NCBI GenBank assembly: GCA_035646635.1
Contig: DASRPA010000283.1
Span: 1-54,625, forward strand
DNA from: Actinomycetota bacterium
Lineage (GTDB): Bacteria > Actinomycetota > CADDZG01 > WHSQ01
Length of the DNA: 54,625 bases
Direction: 5' to 3'
Position numbers and translations under genes: made by a program. The notes under the pieces are model-generated. The model was not told where the DNA came from. It was given only the letters and a program-made list of their open reading frames with translations, and ran no database searches. This document shows, in pieces, positions 8,636-16,834 of the stretch. Positions within the stretch are counted from its first letter, which is position 1, and every line of letters starts with the position of its first letter.

Positions 8636-8716
8636 CCCACGAACCGAACTTGCCGAGTGGTTGCAGGATGTCATACGGCGACACTCGACGAGCACTCGGC
8701 GAGGATTTTGATAAAG

Positions 8717-11700
8717 CTAAAGGGCACTCACAAGATCGGGGCTCTCGTGCAGAAGCGCAATCAACAAGCTCACGATGGTGGGGTCGAACTGGGTTCCGGC
8801 GTTCTCCTTCAGCACGGTATATGCGCCTTCGATGGGCATCTTTTTCCGATATGGCCGGTCGGTCGTCATGGCGTGGAACGCGTCGCACACAAAGATGATC
8901 CGCGACTCGGTCGGAATCGCGGCAGCCGCCAACCCGTCGGGGTAGCCGCCGCCATCGACGCGCTCGTGACAGTGTCGCACAATGGGGCCAACCGGCGCGA
9001 GGCGCGCGATAGGGGCTAGGATTCTCTCCCCCAGCTCGGGATGGGTCTTTATCAGCTCCCACTCCCGGTCGTATAGCGGACCCGGTTTCAAGAGAATGCT
9101 GTGAGGTATCCCGATCTTGCCGATGTCGTGGAACAGCGCGCCAAGCTCGAGGTTCTTGAGTCTGTCGGACGGCAAGCCCAAACGCTCCCCTACTGCAAGG
9201 GACGCGTCGGTGATCCAGCGGGCGTGTGATGAGGTGTACTCATCCTTTGCTTCCAGAGCTCCCGCTAGTGCCTCAACCGTGGAGAGGAACGCGGTCTCGA
9301 GACTCTCGAAGCTGGCCGCGCTCTTGATTGCGAGCTTTGCTTGATCAACCATTCCGGCCAGCAACAGCATTAGCTTCTTGCAGTAATGGAGGTCGTCCGG
9401 CTTGTTACCACCCACGGTAACGAAACCGGGCCGCCCCAGGCTCAGCTCGAGAGAAGCGACGCAGACACTAGCGTCCTGTCCGAGACGCATAGCCGCTCGC
9501 AGGGGCCCCATCTCAGACTCGTCGTCGAGAGCCCAGGGCTTGCGAGAAGCACTGAACCTCAGGCCCTCCTTCTCGGGGAGTTCGAGTTCCGAGGGCAACT
9601 CCTCCAAGTCTCCATCGCGACTCCTCGCCGCATGCACCTTGAAAGAGCCGGACCGTGGGTCCTGGCCCCATAGGACTACCGCTTGTCCTCCCAAGAACCT
9701 GCCGATTGTCTCCACGATGCGACTCTGCACCACCTCCAAACCCTCTGCGGTATCGAGCGCCCGGCCGAAGTTCAGTAGCGACGTGGCGATTTCCGTGCTC
9801 TCGCGCTGGGCCTTCGAGGCTGCGATTCTCTGGATCGCCAGCGAGACCTGGAAGCTGATCCCGGCGAGGAGCCCAGCCCGCTCGTCTCTCAGCACCGCAT
9901 GCTCGTCGACGGGGAGAGACACTTCGATGCAACCGTGCACCCCTACCAGGGGAACGACTTCCAGTTGCTCACCCGAGGAGCGATCCGAAGTTGTGTGAGC
10001 CTCCGGGCGCAGAGGGTGAGCCGTCAAATATGAATCGGGGAAAGGTCTGCCCCCATCAACATTCGACTGCGTTCCCGGCTCAATGCCCCACCTCACCGTT
10101 GCCTGAGTTGCTCCCAAGAGACTGCGGATCAAAGCGACAGTGTGCTCGTTGACAGCGTCGAGGGAAGTCGCCTTCGCCATCGTCTCGGCGAACAGCAGCA
10201 GCGACTTGGCGTTGGTTGCTTCGCGGCTCCGGGCCTCGTAGAGACGAGCGTTCTCCAGAGCGACCGCAGCGTTGCCGGCGAGGATCTCCAATAACCGCTG
10301 GTCATCGTGATCGAATTGATCACGCCCCAGCTGGACCACGACCACCACCCCGATTACCTTGTCTCCGTATAAGAGCGGGGTCGCAATCATCGACTCGTCG
10401 ATATCCTCCGTACCAGGGAGATCGATTGCGTAGTCGCAGTCTCGGGCGTTGGGGATCAGCAGGGACGACTTATCTTTGGCAGCCGTTCCGGCAATACCCT
10501 CTCCGAACCGGCAGGTGAACGCTTGAGGCTCGACCTCGAGCTCTCCTCTGAGCGTCATCGGCACCAAAAGATCGACATCGGCAACATAGACGCGGCAGCT
10601 GTGATAATCGATCAACCCGCCGAGCTCATCCGCTATCGTGTCGGTGATGCCCCGGACGTCGTTGAGTCGGTTTAGCTTGCCGGCCAAGCTCTGCAGCATC
10701 TTCATATGCGCCATCGATCGGATGCCCCGGATTCCGGGCCACGCTTCGGCCGGCCGCTCGACACTCGTCTCGTCAAAAGCGACAACCCGATCCTTGCCGC
10801 GCGCCTTGGCCGTCATCATCGCCGCTTCCGAGCAAGCCATGAGCTCACGCGGCTTGGTAGCGTGCTGAGGACCCTGGGCGACCCCTATCGAAACGGTGAT
10901 CGCGCCTGCGGGTGCGAAGGTAGTGTGCCTCAATCTCTCTCTTAGCCGCGAGGACAAGCCTTGCGCCTCCAGCACTCCGTTGGAGGGAAGGATGATGGCG
11001 AACTCCTCACCACCGAGCCGGCAAACGATGTCGGACGCCCTCACCATGTCGCGCAAGATCTCGGATAGGCTGGCCAGCACCTCGTCTCCGACCCCGTGTC
11101 CATAGATATCATTGAGTCGCTTGAAATCATCGATGTCGAGCATCATGAGGGCCACGAGATCCGACGATCGAACCGCGCGCGCCAGCTCCGCATTGAGTCG
11201 TTCGTGAAAGAACCGGTGGTTGTAGAGACCGGTCAGCGAATCGGTGTGCGCAAGCCTCTCCAAGAAGCCTCGCTTGCGGACGTTGTCCAACGCCAGAGCA
11301 GCTGCGTCCCCGAAGCGGCTGGCAAGATCGAGCTCCTCCTCGGTGAAGTAGGCGTCCGCTCCATCGCGATAGACGTTGAGAGCCCCGACGCAGGCGCCTC
11401 TGGCGATAAGTGGGATGCTCATGAACGACTCGGGCTTGCGAGTGGTGCCCGGCACTACCTCACCGCGCGGATCGAGATGGGCGTGGTTGGCAAGCACCGG
11501 GATGCGCTCCTGGACCGCCCGGCCGGTGATCCCTTGGCCGAAACTGAAGCTGCTGTTCAGGACCTCGTTTGCGTACTCATCACGAGCCAGCACCGCAGTC
11601 AGGGTCCTGGTCGCCTCGTCGGCCTCGTAGACATTGAGGGTGTCGTGAGGAATGAGCTCGTTCAGAGCGTCCGCGATCCGGTCGAGCAGTGACGACAGGT

Positions 11701-11776
11701 CCTCTTCCGCCATTACATGGTGGAAAACATCGGCCAGGCGCCGGTAGGAGTCTCGAGTGCTGTTTGTGACGCCCAT
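8717..11776 (-). CDS. Multidomain c-di-GMP signalling protein: GAF - GGDEF - GAF-like region(s) - HD-GYP
   Basis: 1019 aa. The GGDEF domain has the I-site RASD five residues before an intact GGEEF (DIDDFKRLNDIYGHGVGDEVL...RASDIVCRLGGEEFAII). The C-terminal HD-GYP domain shows HDIGKIGIP ... HCHERVDGGGYPDGL. Confidence 0.9.
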   Translation of the reverse strand: MGVTNSTRDSYRRLADVFHHVMAEEDLSSLLDRIADALNELIPHDTLNVYEADEATRTLTAVLARDEYANEVLNSSFSFGQGITGRAVQERIPVLANHAHLDPRGEVVPGTTRKPESFMSIPLIARGACVGALNVYRDGADAYFTEEELDLASRFGDAAALALDNVRKRGFLERLAHTDSLTGLYNHRFFHERLNAELARAVRSSDLVALMMLDIDDFKRLNDIYGHGVGDEVLASLSEILRDMVRASDIVCRLGGEEFAIILPSNGVLEAQGLSSRLRERLRHTTFAPAGAITVSIGVAQGPQHATKPRELMACSEAAMMTAKARGKDRVVAFDETSVERPAEAWPGIRGIRSMAHMKMLQSLAGKLNRLNDVRGITDTIADELGGLIDYHSCRVYVADVDLLVPMTLRGELEVEPQAFTCRFGEGIAGTAAKDKSSLLIPNARDCDYAIDLPGTEDIDESMIATPLLYGDKVIGVVVVVQLGRDQFDHDDQRLLEILAGNAAVALENARLYEARSREATNAKSLLLFAETMAKATSLDAVNEHTVALIRSLLGATQATVRWGIEPGTQSNVDGGRPFPDSYLTAHPLRPEAHTTSDRSSGEQLEVVPLVGVHGCIEVSLPVDEHAVLRDERAGLLAGISFQVSLAIQRIAASKAQRESTEIATSLLNFGRALDTAEGLEVVQSRIVETIGRFLGGQAVVLWGQDPRSGSFKVHAARSRDGDLEELPSELELPEKEGLRFSASRKPWALDDESEMGPLRAAMRLGQDASVCVASLELSLGRPGFVTVGGNKPDDLHYCKKLMLLLAGMVDQAKLAIKSAASFESLETAFLSTVEALAGALEAKDEYTSSHARWITDASLAVGERLGLPSDRLKNLELGALFHDIGKIGIPHSILLKPGPLYDREWELIKTHPELGERILAPIARLAPVGPIVRHCHERVDGGGYPDGLAAAAIPTESRIIFVCDAFHAMTTDRPYRKKMPIEGAYTVLKENAGTQFDPTIVSLLIALLHESPDLVSAL

Positions 11777-11866
11777 CGGCTCTCCCGATAAGTGGTCGGA
11801 TCGCCCACGTCCGGAGGCCGGGGCTCGACGATCCCTCGCCCGGTCTATCGGGAATAAATGGCGCCT

Positions 11867-11895
11867 TCTTTAGTGGAAGTTGGTGCCAGGGTCAA
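11867..11895 (-). promoter_or_regulatory. Candidate promoter for the GGDEF/HD-GYP gene (TTGACC-17 nt-TAAAGA)
   Basis: Minus strand: TTGACC (11895-11890), a 17-nt spacer, then TAAAGA (11872-11867), about 90 nt upstream of the ATG at 11776. Sequence match only. Confidence 0.3.
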
Positions 11896-11926
11896 TAAGA
11901 GGCTACTGCTGGGGTTGCTTTTGGTG

Positions 11927-11973
11927 CCGAGTGGTGGATAAAGGTTGCTATGAAACCACTCACCACCACTCGG
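11927..11973. repeat. Hairpin repeat, family C, copy 1 (CCGAGTGGTGG ... CCACCACTCGG with an A/T-rich loop)
   Basis: Perfect 11-bp stem with a 25-nt loop, 12 nt beyond the PPOX-family stop. A related hairpin with the same stem core lies at 54389-54433. Confidence 0.8.
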
Positions 11974-11984
11974 CAAGGAGGGGC

Positions 11985-12383
11985 TCAGAATTGACCGTAG
12001 GTCTTCTGGATATCGAACTCGTAGATCAGCCGCTGCTCGTCGCGCATTGCCTGCATGTACTCGTCGAGGTCCTCCGGCTCCCCGGCAAGAACTCTGTAGA
12101 GGGCGAGGTTGCGGTCGGCGGCATCGGAGCCGTCGTGGGTCGTGACCCGGCATTCGGCCCCCATCCAGGCCCAAGGATTGTCGTCGGTCAGCACACAGAG
12201 CGTGGCCCGGGGATCCTTGCGGAGGTGCGATGTTCGCAGGCGCGTCTTTGTCCCGGAGCTCTGCAGCTTGCCGTCCACAAGCCCGACACCTATCCGTGCG
12301 ACGTGCGGAGTGCCATCCTGGCGAAGTGTCACCATAATTGCCGAATGGTTCGACTGGAGAAAACTTGAGGTGCGCTCGTCCAT
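11985..12383 (-). CDS. Pyridoxamine 5'-phosphate oxidase-family (F420/FMN-binding split-barrel) protein
   Basis: 132 aa. SNHSAIMVTLRQDGTPHVARIGVGLVDGKL...RKDPRATLCV is typical of PPOX-class proteins. Confidence 0.7.
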   Translation of the reverse strand: MDERTSSFLQSNHSAIMVTLRQDGTPHVARIGVGLVDGKLQSSGTKTRLRTSHLRKDPRATLCVLTDDNPWAWMGAECRVTTHDGSDAADRNLALYRVLAGEPEDLDEYMQAMRDEQRLIYEFDIQKTYGQF

Positions 12384-12454
12384 TGCCGGGCTCCTTCCGA
12401 GCTCGTGACCAAGATCGTAAGTTCAGCATCTGACTTGAAGAATAGGAGAAGAAC

Positions 12455-12757
12455 GTGCCCATGCAGGTAACCGAAGAAGCTGTCGAAGTCCTACGTCGCT
12501 CGCTGGAGATGGGAGGCGTCGACCCCGATCGAGGCGGCGTGCGGCTGCGTGGAGCGCACGGCTTGGGGGGTGGCTTCGATATCCAGGTCGAGCTGGCCGA
12601 GGCTCCGCTCGAAGCCGAGTCGGTAGTGGATGCGGGCGGCGTGCGGCTGTTCGTCTCCCCCGAGGTCACGGCAGCCTTGCCCGACTCGATCGTTGCGGTG
12701 GAGCCGCAGCATCAGACCATCGTCGTGCGGCCGGCCGACCCCTCGCAGTCCCAATGA
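12455..12757 (+). CDS. HesB/IscA-like fold protein lacking the conserved cysteines
   Basis: 100 aa. The pattern VTEEAVEVLRRSL...GGVRLRG...GGFDIQVEL...ESVVDAGGVRLFVSPEV resembles IscA/HesB topology. GGAG lies upstream, and the stop overlaps the acylphosphatase start (ATGA). Confidence 0.45.
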   Translation: MPMQVTEEAVEVLRRSLEMGGVDPDRGGVRLRGAHGLGGGFDIQVELAEAPLEAESVVDAGGVRLFVSPEVTAALPDSIVAVEPQHQTIVVRPADPSQSQ

Positions 12758-13020
12758 CGATCCGGCGCCGCCTCCTAGTGTCCGGCCAGGTGCAGGGGGT
12801 CTTCTACCGGGACAGCTGCCGCCGAGAGGCCGTGGAAAAGGGAATCGCAGGCTCGGCTCGCAACCTCCCGGACGGAAAGGTCGAGGTCATCCTCGAGGGC
12901 GACGAGGACGCCGTCGAGCGCATGACCGAATGGTGCCGCCGAGGTTCGGATATGGCCCGGGTGGATTCCGTCGAGATCGAGGACGAGGAGCCGCAGGGCG
13001 AGAGCGCCTTCAGGGCCTAA
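12754..13020 (+). CDS. acyP: Acylphosphatase
   Basis: 88 aa. VSGQVQGVFYRDSCRREA...GSARNLPDGKVEVILEG is the acylphosphatase signature. Confidence 0.9.
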   Translation: MTIRRRLLVSGQVQGVFYRDSCRREAVEKGIAGSARNLPDGKVEVILEGDEDAVERMTEWCRRGSDMARVDSVEIEDEEPQGESAFRA

Positions 13021-13378
13021 AGGGCAATGTTTGAGGGCCTGCACCTCGCCCGACGCGCTCTGCTTGTCGGAGAGCGCTCAACGAAGGGCCGGGGAACTCA
13101 TTTCCGATGAACTGTCGCTTCCCGGTAAATAGGGACCACCTAGTTCTCACCAAAGTGGTACCGGATCTCCAGTTCGCCACCGGCGAGGTGGCGAAGTCCT
13201 CCGCAGGTTCCCGGCCACTGCTGGCCGCCGGGTAACTCCCTCCTCGTCCGGCACTGGTCGCGTTGGGCCCCGCAGGCTAGGTCCGACTCGGGCCCCTGGG
13301 GCGCGCCCTTGACAACCCTGGGCTGACCGGGTACTTCATGTCACAAGGTACTGGTGAACACAAGAGACAGGAGACCGG

Positions 13379-13735
13379 ATGGCACCGAGCGACGAGGGAG
13401 CGATCCAGCGCGAGCTCTCGCGCGGAACGATGGAGCTGGCGATCCTGGCCCTCATCGAAGCACGCCAGCGGTACGGCTACGACCTGTTGACCTCACTCGG
13501 CTCCGCATCGGATGGAGCGATCGCGATCAAGGAGGGGAGCCTCTACCCAGTGCTGCACCGTCTCGAAGACGCCGGTTACATCACGGCTGAGTGGGCGGCG
13601 GAGGGCCGATCGGCCCCGCGCAAGTACTACCGGATCAACACTGAAGGGAAAGCCCGCCTGACCGCGCTGCGCACCGAATGGCAACGCATGACGGCGGGGA
13701 TGGAGCGGTTGCTGAACGGAGGAGCGCAGGCATGA
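13379..13735 (+). CDS. PadR-family transcriptional regulator
   Basis: 118 aa. ILALIEARQRYGYDL...EGSLYPVLHRLEDAGYITAEW...PRKYYRINTEG. Confidence 0.9.
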   Translation: MAPSDEGAIQRELSRGTMELAILALIEARQRYGYDLLTSLGSASDGAIAIKEGSLYPVLHRLEDAGYITAEWAAEGRSAPRKYYRINTEGKARLTALRTEWQRMTAGMERLLNGGAQA

Positions 13736-14379
13736 ACGAGAACTACCTGAGGGAATTCGAACGTTGGACCGCAGGACCTACGGAGAGGCGGGCAGCCCTC
13801 AGCGCCGAGTTCGCCGAGCATCTTCGAGAGGCCGAAGCCGCCGGCCGCGAGCTTCACCCTGCACCCCTCGGGAGGCGGATCGCCGCGTTCGTGATCGACG
13901 TCGCGATCCCGGCCATGGTGGCCGTCGCGGTCATCGCTATCGGCACGGCCGTCGGGGTCGGTGGCGGTTTCCAGGAGCTGACCGACCTCGGCCGTGATAT
14001 GGCCGCAGAGCGCAGCTCGGAGTGGGGGGCGTTGCAGGTCCTAGCGGTGCTTTCTCTCGGGCTCGCATGGCTGTGGTGGATCGTGGGTCTCGCCGTCTCG
14101 GAGTGGCGCCATGGGCGCACCCCCGGAAAGGCGCTCATGGGGCTCCGCGTCGTAACTGAGGAGGGCATCGCCCTTTCGTTCGGACAGGCCGTGGTGCGGA
14201 ATCTGACCCGCGTCTTCTCCGGTCCTCTGCAGATCATCGACTGGGCGTGGGCCTTGCTCGACTCCCGTCGCCAGCGTGCGGTCGAGAAGCTGGCCCACAC
14301 GATGGTCATCCGCGACGAAAACTCGGAGCCGCGTCTCAGCGCCGCGGCCGGAGCGCCGGTCAGTGACGGCGCTCGATAG
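13732..14379 (+). CDS. RDD-family membrane protein
   Basis: ATG at 13732 overlaps the PadR stop (ATGA). RRIAAFVIDVAIPAMV..., WRHGRTPGKALMGLRVV, and a C-terminal ...VEKLAHTMVI; hydrophobic helices present. Confidence 0.75.
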   Translation: MNENYLREFERWTAGPTERRAALSAEFAEHLREAEAAGRELHPAPLGRRIAAFVIDVAIPAMVAVAVIAIGTAVGVGGGFQELTDLGRDMAAERSSEWGALQVLAVLSLGLAWLWWIVGLAVSEWRHGRTPGKALMGLRVVTEEGIALSFGQAVVRNLTRVFSGPLQIIDWAWALLDSRRQRAVEKLAHTMVIRDENSEPRLSAAAGAPVSDGAR

Positions 14380-14410
14380 ATCCTCTGAAGAGGTTCGGAA
14401 TCGAGCTGAC

Positions 14411-15159
14411 ATGGAAAATCACGAAGTTGGAGCCTCGCCCCCGGTTCTCTCAAGGATCGGCGGCGTGCTGTACCTGATCATTGTCGGGGGCATCTTCGGT
14501 GAGGCGTTTGTCCGGAACTCAATCATCGTGTCGGGCGATGCAACAGCCACAGCCCCAACGTCGGGTCGCTAGAGTCGCTGCGGCGTTGCGGTATCGCCAC
14601 CGAACTTTTCATGCTGGTTTGCACTGTTTCCTTGGCGGTGATCTTCTTTGTCTTGCTGAGGCGGGTCAGCAGAGATCTCGCTTAGCTGGCGGTGTTCCTC
14701 AATCTGGTATCGATAGCGCTCTAAGCCGCGAATGAGCTGCGTCTCGTTGGCGCGTTACTTCCCCTGGGCGATGACGAATACCTCAGAGCATTCGAGCCGG
14801 AGCAGCTCGACGGCTTGGCGAGCCTTTCGGTCGAATCGTATGGCTTTGGCTTTGGCGCTAGCCTGATCTTCTTCGGCTGTGAGTGCCCCGTTCTCGGGTA
14901 CCTGATCTTCAGGTCGGGCTATATTCCGAAGGCTCTCGGCGTTCTGTTGCCCATCGCCGGCTTGTGCTATCTGACGAATAGCTTCGCGTTCCTTGTCGGC
15001 CCCAGCTTCGCAGACCGCATACTCTCCTCCATTCTTGTTCCTGCGTTTGTTGGCGAGGCATCACTCTGCCTTTGGCTTCTGTGGAAGGGCGTGGACGTAG
15101 AGAAGTGGAGACCGCTGGCAGGCGCACAGTCCCCTCGAAGTACGGCAGCCACAGTCTAG
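14411..15159 (+). pseudogene. DUF4386-family membrane protein gene, disrupted (one frameshift plus two in-frame stops)
   Basis: N-terminal piece MENHEVGASPPVLSRIGGVLYLIIVGGIFGEAFVRNSIIVSGDATATA stops at 14572. The family sequence continues in another frame (...ELFMLVCTVSLAVIFFVLLRRVSRDLA*LAVFLNLVSIAL*AANEL...) with TAG at 14683-14685 and TAA at 14722-14724. The C-terminal remnant is the ORF 14815..15159 (...LGYLIFRSGYIPKALGVLLPIAGLCYL...VPAFVGEASLCLWLLWKG). Confidence 0.75.
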
Positions 15160-15210
15160 AACTCAGCTGCACGAGACCAGACTGATCTATGGATGACTTG
15201 GCTCGGACGG

Positions 15211-15355
15211 TTCAGGTGCAAAGCGCTCCTATTCCGAGGAGGGGCCCAGGCCCTGTTCCCCGACGCCACCCACGTGCCGCTGTCTTCAATCCGTCAGGTG
15301 TTCGAGGCAGTCGAGGTGGGCCGCGCCGATCTGAGACTCGTCCCATGACAACTCA
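15211..15355 (+). pseudogene. Inverted, degenerate duplicate of the 5' coding end of pheA
   Basis: 15228-15355 aligns to the reverse complement of 16230-16360 at roughly 90% identity by hand, with two 1-nt deletions. It translates as ..EEGAQALFPDATHVPLSSIRQVFEAVEVGRADLRLVP*, against PheA EEGAQALFPDATHVPLSSIRKVFEAVEVGRADLGLVPMDNSQ. Confidence 0.85.
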
Positions 15356-15572
15356 ACGAGCGGCCCGGTGCGTGGCTACCCGGCAGGCGAGTCATTTACT
15401 ATCGCGGCCTTCCCGGCCAGTGGCGCGGGTACATTCTCAATGTGGAGAAGGAGATTCGTCTCAGATCATTGACAGATCACTGTGGGTGCCTCTACGCATC
15501 AGTTGACGAAGCTAGTGGCCCGAAAGCGTTCGTTCAAGGAAGAGGAGCTCCTTAATCTCGCTGCGACACGCG

Positions 15573-16394
15573 TCAGCGGCGGTGCATACCCGACGCGTAG
15601 GTGCCCAGCAGGCGTGTGAAGGTGGCGTGCTCGGATACCTCGGAGAGCGCCTCCACCATGGCGGGCTCCCCTGCCGGGGCCTCGACGTCGACGTAGAAGA
15701 CGTACTCCCACGGGCGCCCCGCACGAGGCCGAGACTCGAGCTTGTTCAGGCTGAGATGGCGATCGGCAAACGCCCCCAGGCAGCGAGCGAGCGAGCCGGC
15801 GACGTGGCCCACACCGAACACGAGCGAGGACTTATCGGGCTCGGCCAGGGGGGCTGGATCGCGCGACAAGGCCCCGAAGCGCGTGTAGTTGTCGGGATAA
15901 GTCTGGATGCGTTCGGCCAGCACCACCAAGCCGTAGAGAGAAGCGGCCCTGCGCGAGGCGATGGCGCCGGTGCGTTCGAGTTTGTCGTCGTTGATGCGCT
16001 TGGCCGCCCCGGCAGTGTCGTACTCGGCCCGGATCGAGATATTGAGCGCAGTCAAGAACTCCTCGCATTGCGAGATCGCCTGAGGGTGCGAAACGACCTC
16101 GGCGAGATCATCGATTACGACCCCAGGAAGAGCGAGCAGGCAGTGGTCAACCCGCACGACGGTCTCGCCAACGACATGCAGCCCGTGCTTGAGAAATAGA
16201 TCGTAGGTCTCGTTGATACTGCCGGCCTGTGAGTTGTCCATGGGAACCAGTCCCAAATCGGCGCGGCCCACCTCGACCGCCTCGAAGACCTTGCGGATTG
16301 AAGACAGCGGCACGTGAGTGGCGTCGGGGAACAGGGCCTGGGCACCCTCTTCGGAATAGGCCCCGATCTCTCCCTGAAAGGCGACGACGGTCAC
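15573..16394 (-). CDS. pheA: Prephenate dehydratase (PDT domain plus C-terminal ACT domain)
   Basis: 273 aa, GTG start. VAFQGEIGAYSEEGA..., TRF..L motif region (NYTRFGAL), ESRP (LNKLESRPRAG). Confidence 0.9.
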   Translation of the reverse strand: MTVVAFQGEIGAYSEEGAQALFPDATHVPLSSIRKVFEAVEVGRADLGLVPMDNSQAGSINETYDLFLKHGLHVVGETVVRVDHCLLALPGVVIDDLAEVVSHPQAISQCEEFLTALNISIRAEYDTAGAAKRINDDKLERTGAIASRRAASLYGLVVLAERIQTYPDNYTRFGALSRDPAPLAEPDKSSLVFGVGHVAGSLARCLGAFADRHLSLNKLESRPRAGRPWEYVFYVDVEAPAGEPAMVEALSEVSEHATFTRLLGTYASGMHRR

Positions 16395-16834
16395 AACACG
16401 GCCCGCTCACCGAGCCCGTTGCTACTTGCGAGCACCGAGCGGCCGCGCTCGATGCCGGTGGCAGCAGTCTCACACAGCGCCTCGAACGAGGCCTCGAGGA
16501 TGTTAGACGAAGTGCGTTCCGCCGCCCACCGCCCAAGCTCGTCCGCCGCCTCAACCAGCACCTTCACCTGGGCGCCGGTACCGTCGGCGGCGTCGACCAC
16601 GGACACGCGGTAGTCGGACAGCCGCACTCCCTCGATCTCGGGGAAGCGCTCCTCGAGACACAAGCGCAATGCGTTGTCGAGCGCGTGGACCGGCCCCACG
16701 CCGGTCGCGGCTCGCCGTACGAAGGCCTTCGCCACCTCCACTTCCACGATGGCCTGCACACGCTCGCCCTCGCGAGTCGAACGTTCGCTGACGACCTTGT
16801 ATCCGCAAACCTTGAAATAGTGCTGATGTGTCAT
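16391..16834 (-). CDS. Stand-alone LeuA/CimA-type allosteric (LeuA_dimer) domain protein
   Basis: 147 aa from ATG at 16834, which overlaps the leuB stop (ATGA); its own stop overlaps the pheA GTG (GTGA). GVGPVHALDNALRLCLEERFPEIEGVRLSDYRVSVVDAADGTGAQVKVLVEA...SSNILEASFEAL matches the C-terminal regulatory domain of isopropylmalate/citramalate synthases. No catalytic TIM-barrel is present. Confidence 0.7.
   Translation of the reverse strand: MTHQHYFKVCGYKVVSERSTREGERVQAIVEVEVAKAFVRRAATGVGPVHALDNALRLCLEERFPEIEGVRLSDYRVSVVDAADGTGAQVKVLVEAADELGRWAAERTSSNILEASFEALCETAATGIERGRSVLASSNGLGERAVL

Noticed and set aside
8636-8716. Missing paaE as evidence of a gene deletion
   Set aside because: The short convergent spacer shows no remnant of a ferredoxin-reductase ORF. 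paaE is often encoded elsewhere, so absence from this window is not evidence of loss.
11845-12669. 274-aa minus-strand ORF spanning the PPOX and HesB-like region
   Set aside because: It overlaps two better-supported genes on both strands and has a Ser/Pro/Arg-rich low-complexity translation.
13021-13378. 360-bp gap upstream of the PadR gene examined for a small RNA, riboswitch or missed ORF
   Set aside because: Only a 27-codon ORF without a Shine-Dalgarno and a weak promoter match (TTGACA 13309-13314, with a poor -10 TACTTC). The imperfect palindrome GTACTTCATGTCACAAGGTAC could be a PadR operator, but the evidence is too thin to call.
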